A stretch of DNA of 64,000 bases from Styela clava (taxonomy: Eukaryota): positions 15,190,001 through 15,254,000 of the forward strand of contig NC_135254.1 in the NCBI RefSeq assembly GCF_964204865.1, in the 5' to 3' direction. Below, in pieces: positions 63,391 to 64,000 of the stretch. Made by a program: the position numbers and the translations under genes. Under the pieces are notes generated by a model that made no database searches, was not told the origin of the DNA, and saw nothing but the letters and a program-made list of their open reading frames with translations. The first letter of the stretch is position 1, and the number at the start of each line of letters is the position of its first letter.

Positions 63391-64000
63391 TGGAAACAAA
63401 CATTGTCAAATTTAAGGAACTAATCTGATCAGTGTTTCACATTTTAAAATTCATTTAAAAGGTATTGTCCGATTTTACATCGTGTCTTTATTTTATGATT
63501 AATTTTAATGTTTTATATATTATTACATTTTTCTCATCAAGTCTTGAACATTTTTATTATATTTTTCTGATTAATAATTTTAATACAATCTTTTAATGTT
63601 TGATATATTATTACGTTTCTCTCATCAAGTTTTGGGTACTCCTGAAGTATGCGCACCAAGATGTCGCACAACCTGAACCCCAACCTGGTACACAACTTGA
63701 GTTCAGGTTGCGCGCCAGCTTATTGCGCATATTTCAAGAGGTCTGCATTGGCTGGCATAGCATTGTGGATCGTGCCATCATTTATGAGGTCATATGTTTT
63801 ATCTCTTTCGTCATGGAAATTTCAGTTTTTCCCTGGTAATATTGTCCCTACAATTTTTTACGCCACCCCGAAGCTTGCGATATTTCTATTCCAAATACTG
63901 TTATTAAACAATTCTTTTCAATTACAAATATTTTAAATTGCTCAAGTATATATGTAGAAGAATCCTGTTTTGCTTTAAAATATTTTTGGCATAATTCACG

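Overview
AT-rich, intron-containing animal genomic DNA. The compact 55-100 bp introns and gene content are compatible with a marine invertebrate chordate such as an ascidian, but the taxon is inferred only. There are five host genes: an 11-exon SLC23/NAT-family transporter with a degenerate substrate signature (2954-10761); a 15-exon, ~845 aa protein of architecture N-myristoyl/coiled-coil/tandem Tudor/TIR/TIR/tandem Tudor (11865-20427); SLC25A32 (32112-33035); COASY (33736-37251); and an intronless ACOT/BAAT-family thioesterase (51291-52562, minus). Much of the remainder is nested transposable elements, many with ends and target-site duplications (TSDs) readable by eye. A 9.8 kb P-superfamily element (21453-31294) carries an intron-rich THAP transposase and a second, head-to-head, spliced gene of unknown family. 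Two different P-type elements form a head-to-tail dimer bounded by three copies of one 8-bp TSD (39565-49853) and split a Helentron-like repeat. Also present are hAT/Buster elements, tRNA-derived SINEs, and an LTR-like unit containing a 39-nt cDNA copy of a mature tRNA-Trp 3' half. All exon models were built by hand from GT/AG sites and reading-frame continuity; no database search was run.
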